Source: an uncultured Clostridia bacterium (GTDB taxonomy: Bacteria; Bacillota; Clostridia; Christensenellales; CAG-138). Taken from it: 64,000 nucleotides of DNA. This document shows positions 10,141 to 18,650 of the stretch, one piece after another (the stretch's first letter is position 1; each line of letters begins with the position of its first letter). The position numbers were made by a program, and so were the translations under genes. Under the pieces are notes generated by a model. It did no database searches. It worked only from the letters and a program-made list of their open reading frames with translations, and was not told the DNA's origin. The DNA lies in the NCBI GenBank assembly GCA_947168855.1, contig CAMVNO010000003.1, positions 155,474-219,473 of the forward strand. The letters are read 5' to 3'.

Positions 10141-10390
10141 ACTCGGAGCTGCAGCAGCTCCGATGAATTCTCGCTTCGCTCCGTGAATTGTCCGACGGAC
10201 ATGAATTGTGCCTATCGGCACATGAATTGACGGAAAAGCCGTCATGATCGTTGATTTTCCGAACGGAAAATCTTCATACATGACAACGGAGTTGTCAATT
10301 CATGCCGAAGGCAATTCATGGCGAAGCCGATTCATGCGGCAGAACCGCAATTCATGGAAAAGAAGCTGTCAAAATGCAGCTTCTTTTTTG
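10141..10390 (+). repeat. Mirror-word hairpin array L1 (word CATGAATTG / CAATTCATG), ending in the ftsY terminator
   Basis: Four forward words start at 10163, 10184, 10200 and 10221. Four reverse-complement words start at 10296, 10312, 10329 and 10348. Short hairpins lie between them. The final hairpin plus T-tract is at 10358-10389. Confidence 0.7.
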
Positions 10391-10437
10391 AAATGCGATG
10401 TAAGATTTTCCGATCCCGTGCGTCCTATAAAGGGAAG

Positions 10438-10926
10438 ATGAAACCGATGGAGACATTTGAGCAGATTTATCGCGCATATTTCACGGACGTTTACCGCTAC
10501 TCGTTGAAGCTTTGCGGAAACGCCGATGAAGCCGAGGAGCTGACTGCCGAGACCTTCTTGAAGGCTCTGCAGGCGTTAAAAAGCTACCGCGGCGAGTGCG
10601 AGCTGCGCGTCTGGCTCTGTCAGATCGCCAAAAACAAGTACCTTTCCGAACAGCGAAAGCACAAGCCGGAACCGCTTTCGGACACGCTCGAAAGCGCCGA
10701 GCCTTCGCCGGAGACGGTTGCGGTCCGGACCGACGAAGCGGAACGGGTCAGCGAGGCGGTGCACCGCCTCGACGAGCCGTACAAGGAGGTATTTCTGCTG
10801 CGCGTGTACGGCGAAATGCCCTTCGAGAACATCGGAAAGCTGTTTTCAAAAACCGCGAACTGGGCGTGTGTCACCTTCCACCGCGCGAAAGCGAAAATCA
10901 AAGCCGAACTGGAGGAAAACCCATGA
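10438..10926 (+). CDS. ECF-type RNA polymerase sigma factor (sigma-70 family)
   Basis: Region 2 (YRAYFTDVYRYSLKLCGNADEAEELTAETFLKA) and region 4 (PYKEVFLLRVYGEMPFENIG) are present. I chose the start at 10438 because the longer ORF from 10318 begins inside the repeat array. Confidence 0.88.
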   Translation: MKPMETFEQIYRAYFTDVYRYSLKLCGNADEAEELTAETFLKALQALKSYRGECELRVWLCQIAKNKYLSEQRKHKPEPLSDTLESAEPSPETVAVRTDEAERVSEAVHRLDEPYKEVFLLRVYGEMPFENIGKLFSKTANWACVTFHRAKAKIKAELEENP

Positions 10927-11771
10927 AAGACTGCGGGATCGTAAAGGATCTTTTGCCGCTTGTTGCGGAAGAACTGGCGAGCGAGGAATCGACCGCCTTT
11001 GTCAAAGAACATCTCAAAACCTGCGCGGATTGCAAAGCCGCGCTGGACGCCATGCAGGCGCCGGTGGAGGCCGAGCCCGCCGCGCCATTGAAAACCGTGC
11101 GTAAGGCGGTGAAAAAACGCGGGCTTCTGATCGGGGGACTGATCGCATGTCTGGTCGCCGCGCTGATCTTCGGCGTATTTGCAAGGCTCACAAAGCCGAT
11201 CGTCATTCATTCAGCGTACGAAGCGTTTGAATCCATACAGATCGACAAGAATCAGGTGCGCTTGTATCCGACGCAAAACACGCGGCTCATGCAGGAAAAC
11301 GAGACCGGCACGGTGCACATCGGCGCATACACAACGCTCTGGGATCTATGGACAGAGGGACCGGACCGGTTCCATTCGTACGAAGTGAACCTGAACGGCG
11401 TCGACGCGATCCTGTTCGAGCCGTATGACAATACGGATCACGAGATCCTCTATCAGCGCGAGGGCTATCCGGTGGAGGCGGGCTTTGCGCTGCCGCGGCT
11501 GGTGATGAACTATTACTTTTTGATGGCGCTTGCGGGCACGGCGATCCTTGCCCTCGTGTGGTTTGTGCTGCGGCTCCTTAAAAAGGAGAAGGCAAGCCGC
11601 GTGCTCGGCGTACTGCTGATCCTTGCGGGAAGCTTTGTGATCGCGTTCCTCGCGGCGGGGTTCCCGGCGACGACGATCGCGCCGGCGCGGGAGCTTGCGT
11701 TCGTGCTCGTGATTGCGCTGCTTCTGATCGGCGCGGGGCTGTGCGGACGGAAGCTGCTGCGAAAAGAATAA
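10923..11771 (+). CDS. Anti-sigma factor, zf-HC2 type, membrane-spanning
   Basis: The start overlaps the sigma-factor stop (ATGA). The N-terminal H-x3-C-x2-C motif (HLKTCADCK) is followed by TM segments. Confidence 0.75.
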   Translation: MKDCGIVKDLLPLVAEELASEESTAFVKEHLKTCADCKAALDAMQAPVEAEPAAPLKTVRKAVKKRGLLIGGLIACLVAALIFGVFARLTKPIVIHSAYEAFESIQIDKNQVRLYPTQNTRLMQENETGTVHIGAYTTLWDLWTEGPDRFHSYEVNLNGVDAILFEPYDNTDHEILYQREGYPVEAGFALPRLVMNYYFLMALAGTAILALVWFVLRLLKKEKASRVLGVLLILAGSFVIAFLAAGFPATTIAPARELAFVLVIALLLIGAGLCGRKLLRKE

Positions 11772-11779
11772 CAGAGGAT

Positions 11780-12706
11780 TCAGCGGTTCCGGACCCTTCT
11801 GCCGAGCAGGCGGGGGAACGGGACCGTTTTATGATGCATTCGGGATCGCAGCGCGCAGCCGATCTCGTACTCTGCCGAGTATGGTGGGAGCACGAACTGC
11901 AGCGCTTCAAAGACGCCGGCATGCCATACATACCAGGTATGACCGAAACGGTATTCGAGATACAGGGATTCGTCCGCATACGGACGGAGCAGCTCGTATG
12001 ACTGTACGGTCATACGGTAGTAATCCGTATCTTTGGCGCCGACCGCCGTGAACAGCTTCCGGATGCGGACGTGTTTGGCTTCCAGCGTGTCCGGGATCGC
12101 GGTGTATGGACCGGCGGCGGACATGCAGATGTAGTTTCCGGCGAGCTCGGGCGTGACGGATAAGAACCAATGCGTCATCATGGAACCGCGGGACAAACCG
12201 CCGACGGTGATATGATCCCGGTGCGCGATCAGGGAATCGACGGTCCCCTTCGGATAGACGCGGTAGCGGTCCGCGACGAACAGCAGCGCGTCCGCGATAT
12301 CCTGCACCATGATATCCGGTCTGTCCGGCTTGTTGTTCAGCGTCACGACGATGAACGGGACGGTGCGCTTTTCATACGTCATCCAATCGAATACGTTCCT
12401 GCCCTCGATCGCTTTTTCAAACAGATGGTGACGCTCCGTCAGCCAGGAATCCGACGAGCCGTAATCGCCGTGCATCAGAAGAACAAGCTCGTAGAGCCCG
12501 GATTCGCTGTAACCGTAGGGCGTCCAGACCTTCAGCTCTTCATGTTCCTTGTAGTTGTGGACCGTGATCGTTCCCTGCTCCGGACACGCGTCGAAATAAT
12601 GATCCGGCAGCGTATCGGTTTCGGGCACGTCGGCAATGCTTGCAGGCAGAACCGCGCAGAGCAGGAGGATCCCTGTTAAAATCAGGCAAAACCGTTTTCG
12701 AGTCAT
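11780..12706 (-). CDS. Secreted alpha/beta-hydrolase (putative esterase family)
   Basis: I start at MTRKRFCLILTGILLLCAV, a signal peptide. The protein has a GGLSRGS nucleophile-elbow-like motif. Only the lower third of the 659-aa track ORF is taken as real. Confidence 0.7.
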   Translation of the reverse strand: MTRKRFCLILTGILLLCAVLPASIADVPETDTLPDHYFDACPEQGTITVHNYKEHEELKVWTPYGYSESGLYELVLLMHGDYGSSDSWLTERHHLFEKAIEGRNVFDWMTYEKRTVPFIVVTLNNKPDRPDIMVQDIADALLFVADRYRVYPKGTVDSLIAHRDHITVGGLSRGSMMTHWFLSVTPELAGNYICMSAAGPYTAIPDTLEAKHVRIRKLFTAVGAKDTDYYRMTVQSYELLRPYADESLYLEYRFGHTWYVWHAGVFEALQFVLPPYSAEYEIGCALRSRMHHKTVPFPRLLGRRVRNR

Positions 12707-12883
12707 ATCGTTTCCCCGATGCATCGTGAGGATTCGCGTACAGTATACAACAGGATCGCCCGTTTGTAAATCGGATCCGGCGCAGAGGATCGCAGGTTGT
12801 GAAAAACATGTGGAGTTTTTTGCAACCTCTTTTCTTTTTGCAAAGTATATGGTATACTGAATGGCATAATGGAGGATTGTGGG

Positions 12884-13576
12884 ATGAAACGTGTTTTGAT
12901 CAAGGTTTCCGGCGAGGCGCTTTCGAGCGCGAACCAGCCGGTCTGTTTTGAAAAGGTCGAGGAGACCGCGAAGGAGATCAGGCTGCTCTACGACGCGGGG
13001 CTGGAGATCGGCATCGTGGTCGGCGGCGGCAATATCGTGCGCGGACGCGACACGGTCATGCAGGAGCGCTCGCGCATGGACAGCATGGGAATGCTTTCTA
13101 CCGCGATCAACACGCTCGCGCTGCAGGACTGCCTGGAGCGGCAGGGCATGCCGACGCTTGCCATGAGCGCGATCGCCATGACGCGGTTCATCGACGAGTA
13201 CACCGCCCGCGGCGCGCGGAAAGCGCTCGATGAGGGCAAGGTCGTGCTGTTTGCCTGCGGCACCGGCTGTCCGTATTTTTCGACGGATACGGCGTCCACG
13301 CTGCGCGCGCTCGAGATCGGCGCGGACACGCTTCTGATGGCGAAGAACGTCGACGCGGTGTACAGCGCGGATCCGAAGGTCGATCCGAACGCGATCCGGT
13401 ACGATCACCTGAGCTACGACAAGGTGATCCGCGACAATCTGAAGGCGATCGACATGAGCGCGATCACCATGTGCCGCGACAACAACCTGCCGATCCTGGT
13501 GTTTGCAAGGAGCGAGATCGACAAGGTCGCGAGAGGCGAGACCGTCGGCACGCGCATCGACGGAAATGATGCTTGA
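12884..13576 (+). CDS. pyrH: UMP kinase
   Basis: Starts MKRVLIKVSGEAL, with ..GIVVGGGNI.RG. GGAGG lies 8 nt upstream of the ATG at 12884. Confidence 0.95.
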   Translation: MKRVLIKVSGEALSSANQPVCFEKVEETAKEIRLLYDAGLEIGIVVGGGNIVRGRDTVMQERSRMDSMGMLSTAINTLALQDCLERQGMPTLAMSAIAMTRFIDEYTARGARKALDEGKVVLFACGTGCPYFSTDTASTLRALEIGADTLLMAKNVDAVYSADPKVDPNAIRYDHLSYDKVIRDNLKAIDMSAITMCRDNNLPILVFARSEIDKVARGETVGTRIDGNDA

Positions 13577-13637
13577 ACCCGACGGGGAAACCGTGATATA
13601 GTACTGATTTGAACGACACAATAAGGAGGGATCCGAT

Positions 13638-14195
13638 ATGCCGATGGAACTGATCGATGAAACCAGAGAAAAAATGACAAAGACGCTGAACGTTCTGAAA
13701 GCGGAGCTTTCGAGCCTTCGCGCGGGCCGCGCAAACGCGCAGGTGCTGGACCGCATCACCGTAGACTATTACGGCACGATGACGCCCATCAACCAGCTCG
13801 GCAACATCTCCACGCCCGAGCCGCGCATGCTGATCATTGCGCTGTGGGATACCAAGATGATCCCCGCGGTCGAGAAGGCGATCCAGAAGTCCGATCTCGG
13901 CATCAACCCGGCGAACGACGGCAAGATCATCCGTCTCGTGTTCCCGGAGCTGACCGAGGAGCGCAGAAAGGACCTTGTCAAGACCGTCCGCAAAAAGGGC
14001 GAGGAGAGCAAGGTCGCGATCCGCAACATCCGCCGCGATCTGAACGACCAGATCAAAAAGCAGAAGAAGGACAGCACGATCACCGAGGACGACCAGAAGC
14101 GTCTCGAGGAAAAGGGACAGAAGATGACCGACGAGTTCATCAAGGACATTGACGCCATCCTTACCGCGAAGGAAAAGGAGATCCTTTCGGTTTGA
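13638..14195 (+). CDS. frr: Ribosome recycling factor
   Basis: 185 aa with ...[20 protein letters not shown]... and ...IRNIRRD.... Confidence 0.95.
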   Translation: MPMELIDETREKMTKTLNVLKAELSSLRAGRANAQVLDRITVDYYGTMTPINQLGNISTPEPRMLIIALWDTKMIPAVEKAIQKSDLGINPANDGKIIRLVFPELTEERRKDLVKTVRKKGEESKVAIRNIRRDLNDQIKKQKKDSTITEDDQKRLEEKGQKMTDEFIKDIDAILTAKEKEILSV

Positions 14196-14386
14196 CGAAC
14201 GTGCTCGGACTGGACCTCGAAACGGCTATGAAGCTTCTTAAGGCGGAGGGGAAGCCCGTCCGCCTTGTCGAGGTACGCTCGAAAAAGGGCGGCAGGGGCA
14301 GCGACCGGCGCGTGATCAAAACGACGGAAGCCGAATCGGAAACGGTTGTGTACTGGTCCGCGTTCAAAACGGAAATCGACGCGTAA
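14192..14386 (+). CDS. Hypothetical small protein (64 aa)
   Basis: The TTG start overlaps the frr stop. The composition looks coding and the protein is not Arg-rich like the shadow ORFs. I recognise no family. Confidence 0.3.
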   Translation: MTNVLGLDLETAMKLLKAEGKPVRLVEVRSKKGGRGSDRRVIKTTEAESETVVYWSAFKTEIDA

Positions 14387-14463
14387 CGGCGTCACATGAA
14401 AAAAACAAAGGGGGGCGTTGCGCGTTGACGCGACAGCCCCTGCTTGTTCCATAGGAGAACGAC

Positions 14464-15192
14464 ATGAAGAAATATACGGATCGGGAGATCGCGGCGTTCG
14501 GACTGGACCCCGCGCGCATCCCGAAGCATATCGCGATCGTCATGGACGGCAACGGACGCTGGGCGACGGCAAAGGGGCTGCCGCGTGCGGCGGGACACCG
14601 TGCGGGCATGAATTCGGTCAAGGAGATCATCCGGTTTGCCTCCGATATCGGCGTGGAATCGCTGACAGTGTACGCGTTTTCGACGGAGAACCGCAAGCGC
14701 CCGAAGGAGGAGATCGGGATCCTGTGCGGGCTTCTCATCGAGTATATGAACCGCGAGATCGACGAACTGCACGCAAACGGCGTACGCATCACAAGCATCG
14801 GGGATCTGAGCTGGTTCCCGACCGCGGTGCAGGAGACGGTTCGCGCGGCGGAACAGAAAACGGCGAACAATCCGGGGATGCGGTTCAACATTGCGCTGAA
14901 CTACGGCGGCAGAGCCGAGCTCGTCCGTGCGATGCGACTGGCGTTTTCGGAGACCGACGAACCGGACGAGGATGCGATCTCACGCAATCTGTACATCGCG
15001 GATTCCGGCGACGTGGACCTTCTGATCCGCACCGGCGGCGACGTGCGCGTGTCGAATTTCCTGCTGTGGCAGATCGCGTATGCCGAGCTGTACTTTACCG
15101 ATGTGAAATGGCCCGATTTTACGCCGCAGGAGCTCATCAAGGCGCTCAAGGACTTTGCGGGACGCGAACGGCGGTTCGGCGGACTGAAATGA
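14464..15192 (+). CDS. uppS: Isoprenyl transferase (undecaprenyl diphosphate synthase)
   Basis: Carries HIAIVMDGNGRWA, ...FSTENRKRP... and ...RTGGDVRVSNFLLWQ. Confidence 0.95.
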   Translation: MKKYTDREIAAFGLDPARIPKHIAIVMDGNGRWATAKGLPRAAGHRAGMNSVKEIIRFASDIGVESLTVYAFSTENRKRPKEEIGILCGLLIEYMNREIDELHANGVRITSIGDLSWFPTAVQETVRAAEQKTANNPGMRFNIALNYGGRAELVRAMRLAFSETDEPDEDAISRNLYIADSGDVDLLIRTGGDVRVSNFLLWQIAYAELYFTDVKWPDFTPQELIKALKDFAGRERRFGGLK

Positions 15193-15208
15193 ATCGGGGC
15201 GAAATAGA

Positions 15209-16354
15209 ATGAAAAAAGAGGTTTTGCTGCTGGGCAGTACCGGCTCGATCGGAACGCAGACGGTCGATGTGCTGAAAAAGCACGCCGACCGGTTTTCCGT
15301 GCGCGGACTCTCCTGCAGGGGCGACGTCGAAACGCTTTATCGGCAGGCGAACGAGCTTCACCCGGAATTCGTTGCGGCGGAGGCGCCGCTCGATCCCGAA
15401 CGGCTGCCGAAGGGCACGGAGATCTTTACTGGAGCCGACGCCGCGGAACGGCTTGCGGAAGCAGCCGACGCGGACGTCACGGTGCTTGCGATCTCGGGCT
15501 ATGCGGCGCTTCGTCCGCTGCTTGCGGCGATCAAACACGGCAGGCGCATTGCGATCGCAAACAAGGAAAGCCTCGTTTGCGGCGGGCGCCTGGTCGACGC
15601 GGCGCTTTCGGCGTACGGCGCGGAGCTTTTGCCGATCGACAGCGAGCAGAGCGCGATCTTTCAGGCGCTGCAGAACGGCAGGCGCGACGAGGTGAAGCGG
15701 CTTATTCTGACGGCATCCGGCGGTCCGTTCTTCCGCAAAACGCGCGGGGAATTGCAGGATGTGTCGCTTTCCGACGCGCTCAATCATCCGACGTGGAAGA
15801 TGGGCAAAAAAATCACGCTCGATTCCGCGACGCTGTTCAATAAGGGGCTGGAGATCATCGAGGCGAGCCGGCTGTTTCACTTCGGCGCGGAACAGATCTC
15901 GGCGCTGATCCATCCGCAGTCGATCGTGCACAGCATGGTGGAATACCGCGACGGCACGATCATGGCAAATCTCAGTAAGCCCGACATGCGGCTGCCGATC
16001 CAGTACGCGCTGACGTATCCGGAACGCACGGAGAGTCTGTGCGAGCCGTTAAAGCTTGAGCTCAATCATCCGCTGGAGTTTTATCCGGTCGATCCCGAAC
16101 GCTTTCCGGCGATCCGCATGGCGTACGACGCGCTCAGGGCGGACGGCGTCATGCCGACGGTGTATAACGGCGCGAACGAGCGGGCGGCGGAGCTGTATTT
16201 TGCGGGACGCATCGGGTTTACCGACATCGAGGACTGTGTGGAAGCGGCGCTGAACGCGATCGAAAACCGCCCGGCGGATTCCGTCGATGCGATTGCGGCG
16301 GCAGACGCCGCGGCGCGGTATGCCGTCGACCGGCATGCGGGAAAGAAACAATAA
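15209..16354 (+). CDS. dxr: 1-deoxy-D-xylulose 5-phosphate reductoisomerase
   Basis: Carries LLGSTGSIGTQT, ..LPIDSEQSAIFQ.. and ..NHPTWKMGKKITLDSATL. Confidence 0.95.
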   Translation: MKKEVLLLGSTGSIGTQTVDVLKKHADRFSVRGLSCRGDVETLYRQANELHPEFVAAEAPLDPERLPKGTEIFTGADAAERLAEAADADVTVLAISGYAALRPLLAAIKHGRRIAIANKESLVCGGRLVDAALSAYGAELLPIDSEQSAIFQALQNGRRDEVKRLILTASGGPFFRKTRGELQDVSLSDALNHPTWKMGKKITLDSATLFNKGLEIIEASRLFHFGAEQISALIHPQSIVHSMVEYRDGTIMANLSKPDMRLPIQYALTYPERTESLCEPLKLELNHPLEFYPVDPERFPAIRMAYDALRADGVMPTVYNGANERAAELYFAGRIGFTDIEDCVEAALNAIENRPADSVDAIAAADAAARYAVDRHAGKKQ

Positions 16355-16364
16355 GGGAAACGAT

Positions 16365-17573
16365 ATGACATTCTGGTACATTTTACTGGCAATTTTAGGG
16401 CTTTCGGTGCTCGTCATCACGCATGAGCTCGGTCACTACCTGATGGGCAAGTGGCTGGGCTTCACGATCACGGAGTTTTCCGTGGGGCTCGGTCCGAAGA
16501 TCTTCGGCATCAAGGGCAAGGAGACGGAGTTCACCCTCCGCGCGCTGCCGATCGGCGGTTCCTGCCGCTTCTTCGGAGAGGACGGCAAGGAGGACGACAA
16601 GGACAAAAAGCATCCCGAGGCGTTCTCCGAGGACATCGAACAGCCGGAGGAACCGAAGGAGCCGGATCCGCGGCTGTTCAGCTCGAAGCCCGCGTGGAAG
16701 CGGTTTCTGGTCGTGCTGGCGGGGCCGCTCACCAACATTCTTACCTGCGCGGTGCTGTGCTTCGTGATGCTGATCGGCGCGGATGTGCTGCTGGAGCAGA
16801 GCCCGCAAGAGCTTCTGATCGTCGAAACCGTGGACGAAAACGGACCGGCGGAGAAGGCGGGCATGAAGCCGGGCGACGTGATCCTTACGATCGACGGGAC
16901 GGCTGTCTTCAATGCGGAATCGCTTGATGCGGCGCTGAAAAACGCGAGCATGGACGGTATGACCGTGACGGTGCAGCGGAATGCGGCGCTCGAAACGGAG
17001 CAGACGACGGAAGGAAAGCTGACGACGACCGCGTTTCATTACAGCGGCGGCACGACCGAGACGCTGCAGTTCGGGAGCCTGCTGGATCAGCAGACCGGCA
17101 ACAAGCGCATGCACATCTCGTTCCGCATGCTGCCGTGGTCGCAGGTGACGGAGAAGTATACCGTCTGGAAAGCGGCGTACATGGCGTTCCCGGAGACATG
17201 GACCCTGGGAAAAACGGTCTACCAGTCGCTCGGCATGCTGATCTCCGGACAGGCGAGCTGCCGCGACGTGACCGGCGTGGTCGGCACTGTGGATTTCGTG
17301 TCCGATGCAATGGCGCAGAGCGAAACAGCTTCGGACGCGTGGGAAATGTTCCTTTGGTTCATGGCGCTGATCGCCGTCAACCTCGGCATCATCAATCTTT
17401 TGCCGCTGCCCGCGCTGGACGGCGGACGGCTCGTGTTCATCATCATTGAGATGATCCGCAGAAAGCCCGTGCCGCCCGAAAAGGAAGGCATGGTGCATCT
17501 GATCGGCATGATCGCGCTGCTTCTTCTGATGCTGGCGCTGACGATCAGCGATATCATTCGGTGTTTCCACTGA
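16365..17573 (+). CDS. rseP: RIP metalloprotease RseP (M50 family)
   Basis: HELGHYLMG zinc motif, an internal PDZ domain (GMKPGDVILTIDG) and the LLPLPALDGG motif are present. I chose the start at 16365 because the track start at 16287 overlaps dxr. Confidence 0.9.
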   Translation: MTFWYILLAILGLSVLVITHELGHYLMGKWLGFTITEFSVGLGPKIFGIKGKETEFTLRALPIGGSCRFFGEDGKEDDKDKKHPEAFSEDIEQPEEPKEPDPRLFSSKPAWKRFLVVLAGPLTNILTCAVLCFVMLIGADVLLEQSPQELLIVETVDENGPAEKAGMKPGDVILTIDGTAVFNAESLDAALKNASMDGMTVTVQRNAALETEQTTEGKLTTTAFHYSGGTTETLQFGSLLDQQTGNKRMHISFRMLPWSQVTEKYTVWKAAYMAFPETWTLGKTVYQSLGMLISGQASCRDVTGVVGTVDFVSDAMAQSETASDAWEMFLWFMALIAVNLGIINLLPLPALDGGRLVFIIIEMIRRKPVPPEKEGMVHLIGMIALLLLMLALTISDIIRCFH

Positions 17574-17586
17574 GCAGGAGGACGGT

Positions 17587-18633
17587 ATGGCGGATTTTGT
17601 AAAGGTCGGAGCCGTGCAGATCGGCGGCGGCGCGCCGGTCAGTGTGCAGTCGATGTGCAATACGGACACGCGAAACGTCGACGCGACGGTCGAACAGATC
17701 CTGCGGCTCGAACAGGTCGGCTGCGAGATCATCCGCGTTGCGGTGTTCGACGAAGCGGCGGCGGAAGCGGTCCGTGGAATCAGGGAGCGGATCCATATCC
17801 CGCTCGTTGCCGACGTGCATTTCAACTATCGCCTTGCGATCAAAGCCGTCGAAAACGGCGTGGACAAGCTGCGCATCAACCCGGGCAACATCGGAAGCGC
17901 GGAGCGCGTGCGCATGGTTGCGGACTGCTGCAAAGCGCATCACGTGCCGATCCGCATCGGCATCAACGGCGGCTCGATCGAAAAACAGTTTCTGCCGCTG
18001 TACCGCGAAAATCCCGCGGAGGCGATGTGCCGGAGCGCTCTGGGACACGCAAAGCTTCTGGAGGACTGCGGATTTTCGGACATTGTGATTTCCCTGAAAT
18101 GCACGACCGTGTCCGAAACCGTGCACAGCTACCGCATGGCGCAGGCGCGGATGGATTATCCGCTGCACATCGGCATCACCGAGACCGGTCCGATCGAGAC
18201 CGGCATCATCAAGAGCGCGGCGGGGCTCGGCGCGCTGCTTTTACAGGGCATCGGCGACACGATGCGCGTCTCTCTGACCGGCGATCCCGTGCGCGAAGTG
18301 GAGACCGCGCTTGCGATTTTACGCGCCTGCGGGCTTCGGAAGGACGACGTGGAGATTGTCTCCTGCCCGACCTGCGGACGGACGCGCTGCGACGTCGAAA
18401 AGGCGGCGGCGTATGTGAACGAGCACGTTGCGCACAACAAGGGCTATCTGAAGATCGCCGTTATGGGCTGCGCGGTCAACGGACCCGGCGAAGCGCGGGA
18501 GGCCGACATCGGCGTGGCGTTCGGCGACGGCAACGGCGTGCTGATCAAAAAAGGCGAGATCGTCGGACACGGCGGTTATGAGGAGATTTTACGGCGTCTG
18601 GTCGACGAGGCAAACGCGATCCTGGGCGCATAA
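17587..18633 (+). CDS. ispG: 4-hydroxy-3-methylbut-2-en-1-yl diphosphate synthase
   Basis: Carries VQSMCNTDT, ..RINPGNIG.. and the Fe-S cysteines SCPTCGRT..GCAVNGPGE. Confidence 0.95.
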   Translation: MADFVKVGAVQIGGGAPVSVQSMCNTDTRNVDATVEQILRLEQVGCEIIRVAVFDEAAAEAVRGIRERIHIPLVADVHFNYRLAIKAVENGVDKLRINPGNIGSAERVRMVADCCKAHHVPIRIGINGGSIEKQFLPLYRENPAEAMCRSALGHAKLLEDCGFSDIVISLKCTTVSETVHSYRMAQARMDYPLHIGITETGPIETGIIKSAAGLGALLLQGIGDTMRVSLTGDPVREVETALAILRACGLRKDDVEIVSCPTCGRTRCDVEKAAAYVNEHVAHNKGYLKIAVMGCAVNGPGEAREADIGVAFGDGNGVLIKKGEIVGHGGYEEILRRLVDEANAILGA

Positions 18634-18650
18634 GGAAACACAGGGGCGGC

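Noticed and set aside
10184-10230. Mini-ORFs created by the ATGAATTG word (e.g. MNCPTDMNCAYRHMN)
   Set aside because: The ATG is part of the repeated word. There is no RBS, the reading frame is not maintained between units (spacings of 16-21 nt between successive word starts), and the homologous array L3 does not preserve the peptide.
10390-10437. ECF-type autoregulatory promoter (GTAAG-N16-CGTC) upstream of the first sigma gene
   Set aside because: It is only a loose resemblance to the GAAC-N16/17-CGTC pattern and too weak to call without comparative data.
12707-13759. Upper two-thirds of the 659-aa minus-strand ORF 11780-13759
   Set aside because: That part is antisense to pyrH and frr and is Arg-rich. 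A clean signal-peptide start (MTRKRFCLIL) at 12706 defines a 308-aa esterase.
16395-17825. 476-aa minus-strand ORF antisense to rseP and ispG. The same reasoning applies to 19761-21284 and 21375-22676, which are antisense to polC.
   Set aside because: The plus-strand genes are certain. The antisense products have Arg-rich composition and no start or RBS context.
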